Positions 22,869 through 30,475 of a stretch of DNA of 32,000 nt are shown here, piece after piece; position 1 is the stretch's first letter, and every line of letters begins with the position of its first letter. The notes beneath the pieces were generated by a model. The model searched no databases. It saw only the letters and a list, made by a program, of their open reading frames with translations, and had not been told where the DNA came from. The position numbers and the translations under genes were made by a program. This DNA comes from Candidatus Saccharimonadota bacterium. GTDB taxonomy: Bacteria; Patescibacteriota; Saccharimonadia; Saccharimonadales; Saccharimonadaceae. The stretch covers positions 960,001 through 992,000 of the forward strand of contig CP060232.1 in NCBI GenBank assembly GCA_023898645.1. Direction: 5' to 3'.

Positions 22869-23213
22869 ATGCGAGTAAAACGAGGCGTCCCTGCACGGGC
22901 GAAGCACAAAAAAATTCTAAAAGCCGCTAAAGGCATGCAGCATGATCGCACGCGCTCATTCAGACTTGCGAAACAAGCAGTTATTCGAGCCCTAGGTTTT
23001 GCGTACCGTGATCGTCGCAACAGAAAACGCGACCTTCGCAGCCTATGGATTACCCGAATTAACGCAGCCGCACGCGAAAACGGTACTTCGTACGGTCGCC
23101 TGATTGCTGGCCTCAAGGGTGCAAGCATTAATCTTGATCGCAAGGTCCTAGCAGAACTAGCCGTAAGTGAACCAAAAGCGTTCAGCGCTATTGTGAAAAG
23201 CGCCAAGAACTAA
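22869..23213 (+). CDS. rplT: 50S ribosomal protein L20
   Basis: 114 aa, [22 protein letters not shown]...[21 protein letters not shown]. Confidence 0.95.
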   Translation: MRVKRGVPARAKHKKILKAAKGMQHDRTRSFRLAKQAVIRALGFAYRDRRNRKRDLRSLWITRINAAARENGTSYGRLIAGLKGASINLDRKVLAELAVSEPKAFSAIVKSAKN

Positions 23214-23230
23214 ATACCGCCTACAATTAT

Positions 23231-23259
23231 AAAATAACTCCCGTGTCGGGAGTTATTTT
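23231..23259. terminator. Bidirectional terminator shared by rplT (+) and rnpB (-)
   Basis: AAAATAACTCCCG-TGT-CGGGAGTTATTTT. Confidence 0.7.
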
Positions 23260-23261
23260 AT

Positions 23262-23612
23262 ATACAGCCTGTCGATAAGCCGGGTTCTGTACCGCAAATA
23301 GCGGAGACAATCATCTATCTAGCCTCACAGTTGCCTATGAGATCAAGCGGATATCGACCTGCAGACGGACCGTCTCTTATGCAGATCTCCTTGCAGCTGA
23401 CAGGGTTTACCTTCTTCGTCTGTCACCAGACGCCGCTGTGGGCTCTTACCCCACTCGTTTCACCTTTTCCCAGATATTAATCAGGGTAGTTTTGTTTCTG
23501 TGGCACTTTCCCTAGGGTCTCCCCCGGTTGCCGTTAACAACTGTCATGTCCTACGCTGCCCGGACTTTCCTCCAGCCAAAATATATGACGGGCGATTGTC
23601 TAACAGACTGCA
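23262..23612 (-). ncRNA. rnpB: RNase P RNA (bacterial type)
   Basis: The reverse complement contains GGAGGAAAGTCCGGGC, GGTAAGAGCCCAC and ACAGAACCCGGCTTATCGACAGGCTG. P1 pairs CAGTCTGT with ACAGGCTG. Ends are +/-5 nt. Confidence 0.9.
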
Positions 23613-23618
23613 TTCTAA

Positions 23619-24503
23619 TTATACACTAGCCTGAGCGCTTTTATGATCGTCAAGAGTGCGGTTAACTTCTCTGTCCGCCAGTTGATTCATCTCTCTAGGA
23701 ACGTGTCTAAAACTTACCCGTTCAAAACTAGGAATCAAATCTCGAATCCTCTCATTAATTGGCCAAAGATCTCTGTTTTTTATTACGTAGATTCCATTCA
23801 TCTGATTCACTACAAGCATACTATCAAGCCTAAATTCTATTTTTTTCAAACCAAGCTCTAAAGCTTTTTCTAGACCTAAACGGACTCCTTGGTATTCGGC
23901 TTGGTTATTGGTAGTTATTCCTAAATACTCACCACCTTGAGCAAGTATGTGCTGTCCGTTATCCATAATCACATACCCAGAAGCTGACGGCCCCGGATTG
24001 CCCCTAGATCCACCATCCGCATAAATAATTGCATCACTTAACGTTGCGTTATTATCATCATTCACATCAACTCGGTCACTGCTTTTATCCGTTAACTGTT
24101 CTTGTTGTATAATTCCCAACAACAATTGCGTAAGGTCGGTTAAAGAATTCTGTTGAACATCTGACAACGTTTGCCATACGTGCTGATCATAGTTTTCACT
24201 AAGTCGCGGCTCATGATGACCGCTTGCCAAAGTCACCGAGTACGTGATTACTGCATACTGAATATTACGGTCGTCCCTATCGATGTATGTAACAACATCG
24301 AAAAGCTTTGCCTTTCCGATATGTAAGCCGACATCCTCGTGAAGGTATCGTCGCAGTGCGTCTTCCGGCTGCTCGCCATAATCCAGTCGTCCACCCGGTA
24401 ATTCATAAAGTCCAAGTATACTCTCTCTGCCCGACGATCGTCGCAGCAAAAGTATCATATCTTCTTGTTTAATAATTGCTCGAATTGCTATTCGTTGGTT
24501 CAT
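23619..24503 (-). CDS. Nudix hydrolase - RNase HI fusion protein
   Basis: The start was moved to ATG 24503 because the track start runs through tRNA-Pro. The N-terminal Nudix box is GGRLDYGEQPEDALRRYLHEDVGL. The C-terminal RNase H domain has YADGGSRGNPGP, NNQAEY, RLDSMLVV and NQLADREVN (DEDD residues present). Confidence 0.8.
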   Translation of the reverse strand: MNQRIAIRAIIKQEDMILLLRRSSGRESILGLYELPGGRLDYGEQPEDALRRYLHEDVGLHIGKAKLFDVVTYIDRDDRNIQYAVITYSVTLASGHHEPRLSENYDQHVWQTLSDVQQNSLTDLTQLLLGIIQQEQLTDKSSDRVDVNDDNNATLSDAIIYADGGSRGNPGPSASGYVIMDNGQHILAQGGEYLGITTNNQAEYQGVRLGLEKALELGLKKIEFRLDSMLVVNQMNGIYVIKNRDLWPINERIRDLIPSFERVSFRHVPREMNQLADREVNRTLDDHKSAQASV

Positions 24504-24527
24504 AAGTCTAATATACCAGTTTTCGCG

Positions 24528-24603
24528 TGGTCGGGATGACTGGACTTGAACCAGCGACCTCACGGCCCCCAGCCGTGCGCGCTACCAACTGCGCCACATC
24601 CCG
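24528..24603 (-). tRNA. tRNA-Pro (GGG), CCA encoded
   Basis: The reverse complement reads CGGGATGTGGCGCAGTTGGTAGCGCGCACGGCTGGGGGCCGTGAGGTCGCTGGTTCAAGTCCAGTCATCCCGACCA. The anticodon loop is CTGGGGG. Confidence 0.85.
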
Positions 24604-24775
24604 AAACCATAATAGCCCCGAAGGGAAATCATGACGCTTGATATTCCCCGCTTTACGCAAGGTGGGTGTCCTCAAACCATTTCCACGGAAACAGATCATC
24701 TTGGATTCCCTATCATATGACATTAGGAAAATCATGCACGCCACAATACCCTCGGGACACTTATATTATACTCCA

Positions 24776-25429
24776 TTACACTATGAATATCTTGGTGAAG
24801 AATTCGAGAATCGCTACGATTGCCGAGCCCATAATTGAGCTAATAGCAGTACTTGCAAACAAAACGATAACAAAAATAAACATTAATCCATACTGTTCAA
24901 TAAATTCCATGGCACGTCGTGCGAAATCGGGCGCAAGGGCGTAGAGTACCCTTGAGCCATCAAGAGGTGGGAGTGGTATCATGTTAAAGACAAAGAAACC
25001 GAGATTGATAATTACTCCGTAAGTAAGAATCATACTTAAGATATTTGAATAAACTGGAATGGCAAGATTATATCCCAGTAATGCTCCAATACCGAAGGTC
25101 ACAAAGGCGATAATAAAGTTGGTCAAAGGTCCAGCCAGCGCAACGAGTGCCGCACCCCATTCATTGTAGCGAACTCTCCCAGGGTTAAAGGGGACGGGCT
25201 TCGCTCCACCGAATATCGGTGCACCGACAAGAGCTAAGACTAGTGGTAGTAATATCGTAAGGAATGGATCAATGTGCTTAATGGGATTTAAAGTTAACCT
25301 ACCCTGTAACTTTGCAGTATCATCTCCTAGCCAGTAAGCCACAAATCCATGCATAACCTCATGAAGTGTCATAGACACCAATATCACACCAAATATGACA
25401 ATTAGGTTGAGGATTAGCTGTTCATTCAT
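24776..25429 (-). CDS. Site-2 protease family (peptidase M50) membrane metalloprotease
   Basis: 217 aa, polytopic, with the HEVMHG zinc motif in the first TM region. Confidence 0.8.
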   Translation of the reverse strand: MNEQLILNLIVIFGVILVSMTLHEVMHGFVAYWLGDDTAKLQGRLTLNPIKHIDPFLTILLPLVLALVGAPIFGGAKPVPFNPGRVRYNEWGAALVALAGPLTNFIIAFVTFGIGALLGYNLAIPVYSNILSMILTYGVIINLGFFVFNMIPLPPLDGSRVLYALAPDFARRAMEFIEQYGLMFIFVIVLFASTAISSIMGSAIVAILEFFTKIFIV

Positions 25430-25492
25430 TTCCTTGTCAATTATAGCACTTATAATTGTGACGCCATGGCCATGGACGAATTGATTGATGGA

Positions 25493-25521
25493 TTGACAGA
25501 TACACTAAAAAGCGGTACACT
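25493..25521 (+). promoter_or_regulatory. Predicted rpmB promoter
   Basis: TTGACA (25493-25498)-N17-TACACT (25516-25521). The GTGGAG SD lies before ATG 25560. Confidence 0.55.
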
Positions 25522-25559
25522 GGGTAGGATTGTAAAAAATAAGACGTGGAGCAACAGAC

Positions 25560-25763
25560 ATGGCAGCACAATGCGATTTGACCGGTAAGGGAAAACAATT
25601 CGGCCACAATGTGAGCTTTTCTTTGCGTCGCACCAAGAGAGTATTCAAACCAAACCTCCAAAAGAAAACTTTCGTCGTCGACGGCCAGAAAGTTACAATG
25701 ACCCTGAGCACTCATGCAATCAGGACCCTCAAAAAAAAGGGCATTTTAACACAGGCAAAATAA
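25560..25763 (+). CDS. rpmB: 50S ribosomal protein L28
   Basis: 67 aa, MAAQCDLTGKGKQFGHNVSFSLRRTKRVFKPNLQKK. Confidence 0.93.
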   Translation: MAAQCDLTGKGKQFGHNVSFSLRRTKRVFKPNLQKKTFVVDGQKVTMTLSTHAIRTLKKKGILTQAK

Positions 25764-25781
25764 GGCACACATCTCGATAAC

Positions 25782-25811
25782 AAATAAGACACCGTAACCG
25801 GTGTCTTATTT
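25782..25811. terminator. Bidirectional terminator between rpmB and the convergent MBL-fold gene
   Basis: AAATAAGACACCG-TAAC-CGGTGTCTTATTT. Confidence 0.7.
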
Positions 25812-25826
25812 GTTATCTACCATTAA

Positions 25827-26465
25827 TTAACTTCGTGTTATTTTAACTACCGTGAGTACCTGAGGAATTGAGGAAGATGATTTAACTTTATACTTTGATC
25901 CAGCATCTTCCACAGTGGCCGCTAGCTCTTTTACAAAAATATCGAGGCTATCTTGCGGTACTTCATATTTTAATGCAGAATCCGCATAATGAACGGGAAT
26001 GACAACTTTCGGATCGATTTGACGTACCATTGTTGCCGCCGAGGTTCCGTCTAGGGTGTAGCCATTTCCTCCAACAGGTATAATTACAATGTCTGTAACC
26101 CCGATGGCCTCAAGTTGATCTTCGTTAAGTTTAGGGGCAATATTGCCTATAACTACCAATCGCACATCTCCAATTTCTATTCTATAAATAGTGCTCACAG
26201 GCTCATCCTCTGGACTATCTATATGACGAGTAGCTCTGATTCCTCTGACTGAAACTTCGCCGACCTCATACGCACCCGGGCCTTCAATCTGTAACTTTGC
26301 CGTATTGTCGTTAACAACAAACCTAGGCTCAGTAGCAATTTCTATAGAATCTTTAACACTTACATTCTTATGCCCAACTACAGACATATTTGGGTTAAAA
26401 ACAAGTTGTATTTTTTTACTCGTTAGTACTACGGTGTTACCGCCTTTGTATTCAATGTCGAACAT
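25827..26465 (-). CDS. MBL-fold (Lactamase_B_3-like) hydrolase-family protein, metal ligands not evident
   Basis: 212 aa. The pattern VVLTSKK..LVFNP...IVIIPVGGNGYTLDGTSAATMVRQIDPKVVIPVHY is typical of the UPF0173-like family. No HxHxDH motif was seen. Confidence 0.45.
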   Translation of the reverse strand: MFDIEYKGGNTVVLTSKKIQLVFNPNMSVVGHKNVSVKDSIEIATEPRFVVNDNTAKLQIEGPGAYEVGEVSVRGIRATRHIDSPEDEPVSTIYRIEIGDVRLVVIGNIAPKLNEDQLEAIGVTDIVIIPVGGNGYTLDGTSAATMVRQIDPKVVIPVHYADSALKYEVPQDSLDIFVKELAATVEDAGSKYKVKSSSSIPQVLTVVKITRS

Positions 26466-26468
26466 GCC

Positions 26469-27062
26469 TTATCCTTTCAGCACTTTATCGGTGTCCACCA
26501 AAACCGCATGATTACTATTCAATATCTCTGTAATAAATTTATCACGAACACTGAGACGATAATAGAACTCGTCGTATGGAATTACGCTGTAATTTAATTC
26601 TCTTCCTTCAATTTTTTCAATTGCTTTAATAGACTTCTTCAATCTAGTTGCAGCGACGCTACCAACCAAAAGAAGATCAACCTTGCTACCAGAATCTCTT
26701 ACGAGCATACCTGCAGCAATGGCGACTCTTACGCCCGGCAGATCTTTAATGAAATGCTGCCAATCATTTGAAGCAGGGTCTGCAACAGATACGGATGCAA
26801 TTTCTTTTTGATCAGAAAAAATGGCTCGCAACGGCACGTAATGTTCATACCTTTGATTCACCTCGTAATAGAGCTTATTGTCTGACGTGTCGCTTGTAAT
26901 AATCCCCACGGTCAACATATTGGACAGTTCTCGGCGCACGGAATTTATTTGTTCATCAATAAGACGAGTAATCTCTCGTACGTAAAATGATGTACCGGGA
27001 TTATTCATAAAAAGGTGAAGTAATTTCACCCTTGTTTTTGATCCAAATAAAGCATCAATCAT
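26469..27062 (-). CDS. Winged-helix (ArsR/MarR-like) putative transcriptional regulator
   Basis: 197 aa. The N-terminus is ALFGSKTRVKLLHLFMNNPGTSFYVREITRLIDEQINSVRRELSNM. A GGGGGT SD is present. Confidence 0.5.
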   Translation of the reverse strand: MIDALFGSKTRVKLLHLFMNNPGTSFYVREITRLIDEQINSVRRELSNMLTVGIITSDTSDNKLYYEVNQRYEHYVPLRAIFSDQKEIASVSVADPASNDWQHFIKDLPGVRVAIAAGMLVRDSGSKVDLLLVGSVAATRLKKSIKAIEKIEGRELNYSVIPYDEFYYRLSVRDKFITEILNSNHAVLVDTDKVLKG

Positions 27063-27102
27063 CTTACCCCCGTATAATTCTCTTACACCGACTATACCAC
27101 GA

Positions 27103-27972
27103 TTATTGTTCAGATGCGAGTAAGGATGCGATGCTTTTTCTTGCCTCCTCCAGAGGAAGCCATAATATAAACTGATTACGTCGCATCCAGGTCAACTGCT
27201 TCTTTGCCAAACGTCCATCTTGAACTATAAATTTCTCCTTCACTTCTTCCAAATTCATACTTCCTTCAAGATACGCTCGACACAGCGGATAAATATTACC
27301 CGTCATCGACTCATGATCCCAACCAAACTTATTACCCAAATGTTCAGCTTCGCGTAAAACACCCTCTTCAAACATCACGTCAGCTCTTTGTTTGATTCTT
27401 TTTTTTAATTCTGCGATATCAGTCGATACACCTATAACAATTGAACCTTTCGTAGGCTTGCTTCTACGCTTATCGTTTAAACCTTTTTGTTCAATTGCCC
27501 GAATTAGATGCCGCTTATTCATATAGTTACGAGGTAACTCTATGCCGTCAGTATTACAACGTAACTGCAAATCCTCTACTGACAGCGCTTCAAGTTCCTG
27601 ACGCACCTCCATGTCTGCAGGTTCGCCAAATTGATAGTCAAACAAAACCGCATCAACGTAAAGTCCGCTACCGCCAACAAGAAAAGGTATATTACCCCGA
27701 TCTCGAATTTCCCGTATCTTATTTTCGGCATACTTTTTAAACTCCGCAGCTGTGTAACGTTGGTCGGGCTCCACAAGATCTAACCCCCAGTGCGGAATCT
27801 TTGCGCGCTCCTCGTCAGTCGGTTTTGCCGTACCGATATCCATACCTTTATATACCGTACGACTATCAGCGCAGATGACCTCTCCGTTAAATTGCTCAGC
27901 CAATTCAATGGCAAGTGAAGTTTTGCCGCTGGCAGTAGGCCCTACAATAACTACTAAAGGCTCAGTTTTCAT
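27103..27972 (-). CDS. miaA: tRNA dimethylallyltransferase
   Basis: 289 aa with the P-loop VGPTASGKTSLAIELA, then ICADSRTVYKGMDIGTAKPT and FLVGGSGLY. Confidence 0.9.
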   Translation of the reverse strand: MKTEPLVVIVGPTASGKTSLAIELAEQFNGEVICADSRTVYKGMDIGTAKPTDEERAKIPHWGLDLVEPDQRYTAAEFKKYAENKIREIRDRGNIPFLVGGSGLYVDAVLFDYQFGEPADMEVRQELEALSVEDLQLRCNTDGIELPRNYMNKRHLIRAIEQKGLNDKRRSKPTKGSIVIGVSTDIAELKKRIKQRADVMFEEGVLREAEHLGNKFGWDHESMTGNIYPLCRAYLEGSMNLEEVKEKFIVQDGRLAKKQLTWMRRNQFILWLPLEEARKSIASLLASEQ

Positions 27973-28000
27973 CTAGCTCTCTCTGTTGAAGTCCATCGAC

Positions 28001-29812
28001 TCATAAATTTCTTAGATACTCACCTAACATATCAATTGAAATCTTTTCTTCTCCAGATTGCGTACGAACGCTCACAACACGTGAATCTTTATCTTTTGGA
28101 CCAACTATGAGCTGAACTGGAATTTTCCACGTAGTAGCCTCCCTGATTTTCTTACCAAGCGATTCATTACGATCATCCCTAGTAAAACGAAGCTCGTTGT
28201 ATTTAAGCGGCTTCTCTAAGACCGTGTCCTGTAAAATATTCTCTATCTCTTTTACATAATCAAGCACCGTATCATTGATTGTCAATATACGGACCTGCTC
28301 GGGAGCCGTCCAGAAAGGAAACCATCCAGCCGTATGTTCAATAAACACGCTGAGAAATCGCTCAATCGACCCTAGTAGCGCACAATGAATCATGACGGGG
28401 CGTTCGGAGCCACCGTCACTGCCCGCATACTCTAAACCGAACCGTTCAGGTTGAACAAAATCTAACTGAACCGTAGCAACCTGGTGTTCACGTCCTATCG
28501 CGTCTGTTGCCATAAAGTCAATCTTAGGACCATAGAATGCCGCCTCTCCTTCTTGCTCAAAATAATCAAGTTCATTACGCAATACAGCAGCCTTCAACTG
28601 CTCCTGCGCTGATTTCCAAAGACTTTCATCGCCAAGATAGCCATCGCCATCATCACGATAGCTTAGGCGGACGCGAAGCTTCATTCCTAGTGTCGCATAA
28701 AGCTCATTTGCAGATTCGAGCAAGCCATTTATCTCATCCTCTATTTGATCATTTCGACAAAAAACATGACTATCATCCTGAGTAAGTGATCTAACTCGGT
28801 TCAGCCCACCCAGCTCACCAGTCTTTTCATCCCTATAGTCAGTAGTGGTCTCCAAGAAACGCACAGGCATGTCCTTGTAACTACGTGGCTTGCTTATATA
28901 GATTTGCGTATGATGAGGACAATTCATCGGCTTGAGTGCCATCTTGTCGCTTGTCTCCTGACTAGTAACCAAAAATAGCTCATCGCCAAATTTCGCCCAA
29001 TGACCAGATGTTTCATAAAGGTCAGTCTTTGTAATATGTGGCGTCCAGACTTTCTCAAAACCCCTGTGCTGTCGCAATTGGTTTGAATACTGAGCCATCA
29101 AATCTCGCAAAATTGTACCTCTCGGTGTAAAAAGCGGTAAACCTACGCCTACAAGCGGGGAGATTGTATAGAGGTCAAGTTCCCTGCCCAATTTACGGTG
29201 ATCGCGCAGCTTGGCTTGCTCTAATTGCTCTAAGTACCGATCAAGCTCCTCTTGAGTTGCAAATGAAACACCGTAAAGACGCTGCATTTGGGCATTTTTC
29301 TCATTGCCACGCCAATACGCACCAGCAACACGCATTAACTTAAACGCGCCAACTTCACTTGTGTTTATGGCATGCGGACCGCGACAAAGATCCATAAAGT
29401 CACCATTTGAATAAAACGACACCTCATCAACAGCCGCGTCACCCTCGGCGATTGTGCCCATTGCATCATTATCGAGATCCTTAGCAACCGTCGTGCCACT
29501 TCTTTTAAGGTCGTTCAGCAGCTCTTCCTTATATGTTTGCTTATTCTCTTTTGCCCACTGTATAGCATCGTCAATTGGCTTGGTCGAACGCACAAAATCC
29601 AGGTTTTGATTGATAACTTTACGCATCTCTTTCTCAATCTTGCCGAAATCTTGCTCACTTATCTTAGTATCCCCAAGATCAATATCGTAATAAAAACCGT
29701 TTTCTACCACTGGACCTACGCCAAATTTTGCATCCGGCCATATGTGCTGGACAGCCGTTGCGGTAATGTGGGCCAAGCTATGTCGCATTGCGTGAAGTTG
29801 TTCTTCATTCAT
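28001..29812 (-). CDS. thrS: Threonine--tRNA ligase (no N-terminal TGS domain)
   Basis: The start is set at ATG 29812 (AAGGAG 8 nt upstream). It begins at the editing domain (RHSLAHITA..., DLCRGPH). Class II motifs and a C-terminal anticodon-binding domain are present. The track's 29-aa N-terminal extension lies in the leader. Confidence 0.9.
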   Translation of the reverse strand: MNEEQLHAMRHSLAHITATAVQHIWPDAKFGVGPVVENGFYYDIDLGDTKISEQDFGKIEKEMRKVINQNLDFVRSTKPIDDAIQWAKENKQTYKEELLNDLKRSGTTVAKDLDNDAMGTIAEGDAAVDEVSFYSNGDFMDLCRGPHAINTSEVGAFKLMRVAGAYWRGNEKNAQMQRLYGVSFATQEELDRYLEQLEQAKLRDHRKLGRELDLYTISPLVGVGLPLFTPRGTILRDLMAQYSNQLRQHRGFEKVWTPHITKTDLYETSGHWAKFGDELFLVTSQETSDKMALKPMNCPHHTQIYISKPRSYKDMPVRFLETTTDYRDEKTGELGGLNRVRSLTQDDSHVFCRNDQIEDEINGLLESANELYATLGMKLRVRLSYRDDGDGYLGDESLWKSAQEQLKAAVLRNELDYFEQEGEAAFYGPKIDFMATDAIGREHQVATVQLDFVQPERFGLEYAGSDGGSERPVMIHCALLGSIERFLSVFIEHTAGWFPFWTAPEQVRILTINDTVLDYVKEIENILQDTVLEKPLKYNELRFTRDDRNESLGKKIREATTWKIPVQLIVGPKDKDSRVVSVRTQSGEEKISIDMLGEYLRNL

Positions 29813-30005
29813 ATTGCATTCTCCTTTGCGTTTTATAAATAAAAACATGCGATGTCCAGATTCACGCTGTAAATCCATAAATCGCACGTCTCGGGTCACG
29901 ATACATTATCGGGACGGTTCCACCGGACTTTTACTCGTAAGGAAACGTTACGCACGTCCCCATATCCCACGAAGCTCAGCGGGCGGTTACTCCACTTCAT
30001 CGCTT
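29813..30005 (-). promoter_or_regulatory. T-box-like riboswitch leader of thrS (ACC specifier candidate) with a terminator at 29841-29889
   Basis: The minus strand has AAAAGTCCGGTGGAACCGTCC (T-box core GGUGGnACCG, 29924-29915). GAGTAACCGCC carries ACC at 29987-29985. The terminator ACGTGCGAT..ATCGCATGT followed by TTTTT overlaps the alternative pairing partner. The promoter is TTGCAA (30038-30033)-N15-TGG-TATCAT (30017-30012). Confidence 0.55.
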
Positions 30006-30074
30006 ATCGTAATGATACCACATTTCATATGATTGCAACACTTTACCATATCTGTTAATATAATGAGGCTTTAC

Positions 30075-30151
30075 GGGCGATTAGCTCAGCTGGCTAGAGC
30101 GCCTCATTGACGTTGAGGAGGTCGGGGATTCGAATTCCTCATCGCCCACCA
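30075..30151 (+). tRNA. tRNA-Val (GAC), CCA encoded
   Basis: GGGCGATTAGCTCAGCTGGCTAGAGCGCCTCATTGACGTTGAGGAGGTCGGGGATTCGAATTCCTCATCGCCCACCA. The anticodon loop is TTGACGT. Confidence 0.88.
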
Positions 30152-30163
30152 GAAAATATTCCA

Positions 30164-30194
30164 ACAGATTACCGCAAGGTAATCTGTTTGTTTT
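30164..30194 (+). terminator. Intrinsic terminator after tRNA-Val(GAC)
   Basis: ACAGATTACC-GCAA-GGTAATCTGT followed by TTGTTTT. Confidence 0.65.
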
Positions 30195-30223
30195 CCACTA
30201 GGTCACAAAGTTTTCCACTAGGT
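30190..30223. repeat. Two perfect 14-bp direct repeats GTTTTCCACTAGGT, 20-bp period
   Basis: The copies lie at 30190-30203 and 30210-30223. Confidence 0.8.
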
Positions 30224-30237
30224 TCTACGTACACTTT

Positions 30238-30275
30238 ACACGTACCGTATATCAGCCATGATATACGGTACGTGT
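30238..30275. repeat. Perfect 17-bp inverted repeat with a 4-nt centre
   Basis: ACACGTACCGTATATCA-GCCA-TGATATACGGTACGTGT. It ends 10 bp upstream of the -35 of the 30321 ORF promoter. Confidence 0.85.
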
Positions 30276-30285
30276 ACTTGTTCCA

Positions 30286-30314
30286 TTGACATTTCTAATT
30301 GCTTATGTTAACAT
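30286..30314 (+). promoter_or_regulatory. Predicted promoter of the 48-aa ORF (leaderless geometry)
   Basis: TTGACA (30286-30291)-N17-TAACAT (30309-30314)-N6-ATG (30321). Confidence 0.5.
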
Positions 30315-30320
30315 TAGTAC

Positions 30321-30467
30321 ATGACAGAATCGTCACACAAAAAAGTTACCAACAAAAAACATATGTCCGACATCTCTGAACTAGAAAAGTTTACTCTTGG
30401 CTTTGAGTTAAATGTACCCTGGAGTGAAGCAAGTCAGACAGTTCAACACCGACCTACGAAAAGATAA
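30321..30467 (+). CDS. Candidate 48-aa hydrophilic micro-protein (below the ORF-track cutoff)
   Basis: The product is MTESSHKKVTNKKHMSDISELEKFTLGFELNVPWSEASQTVQHRPTKR. The promoter is positioned for a leaderless start. The hairpin ATAACT-TTAC-AGTTAT followed by TTTT overlaps the stop. Confidence 0.35.
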   Translation: MTESSHKKVTNKKHMSDISELEKFTLGFELNVPWSEASQTVQHRPTKR

Positions 30468-30475
30468 CTTTACAG

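Noticed and set aside
22074-23206. Minus-strand ORFs 22074..22508, 22466..23206 and 22575..22763.
   Set aside because: They are antisense to the infC-rpmI-rplT operon, and their Arg/Ser/Leu-rich compositions are typical of antisense frames.
24504-24744. The N-terminal extension of the Nudix-RNase H ORF (to 24563) and ORF 24508..24744.
   Set aside because: Both read through the tRNA-Pro gene (24528-24603). The spacer upstream of tRNA-Pro (24604-24775) contains small hairpins (CCC-TTCG-GGG, TTTCC-GT-GGAAA), but I could not assign it to any RNA family.
25437-25715. Minus-strand ORFs antisense to rpmB.
   Set aside because: They overlap the conserved L28 gene and its promoter.
29813-29899. The 29-aa N-terminal extension of thrS in the track.
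   Set aside because: It is not conserved-looking and contains the leader terminator. ATG 29812 has a well-spaced AAGGAG, and the protein then begins at the conserved editing-domain motif.
30190-30223. The direct repeats as a CRISPR array.
   Set aside because: There are only two 14-bp copies with a 6-bp spacer. That is far too short and too few, and no cas genes are present.
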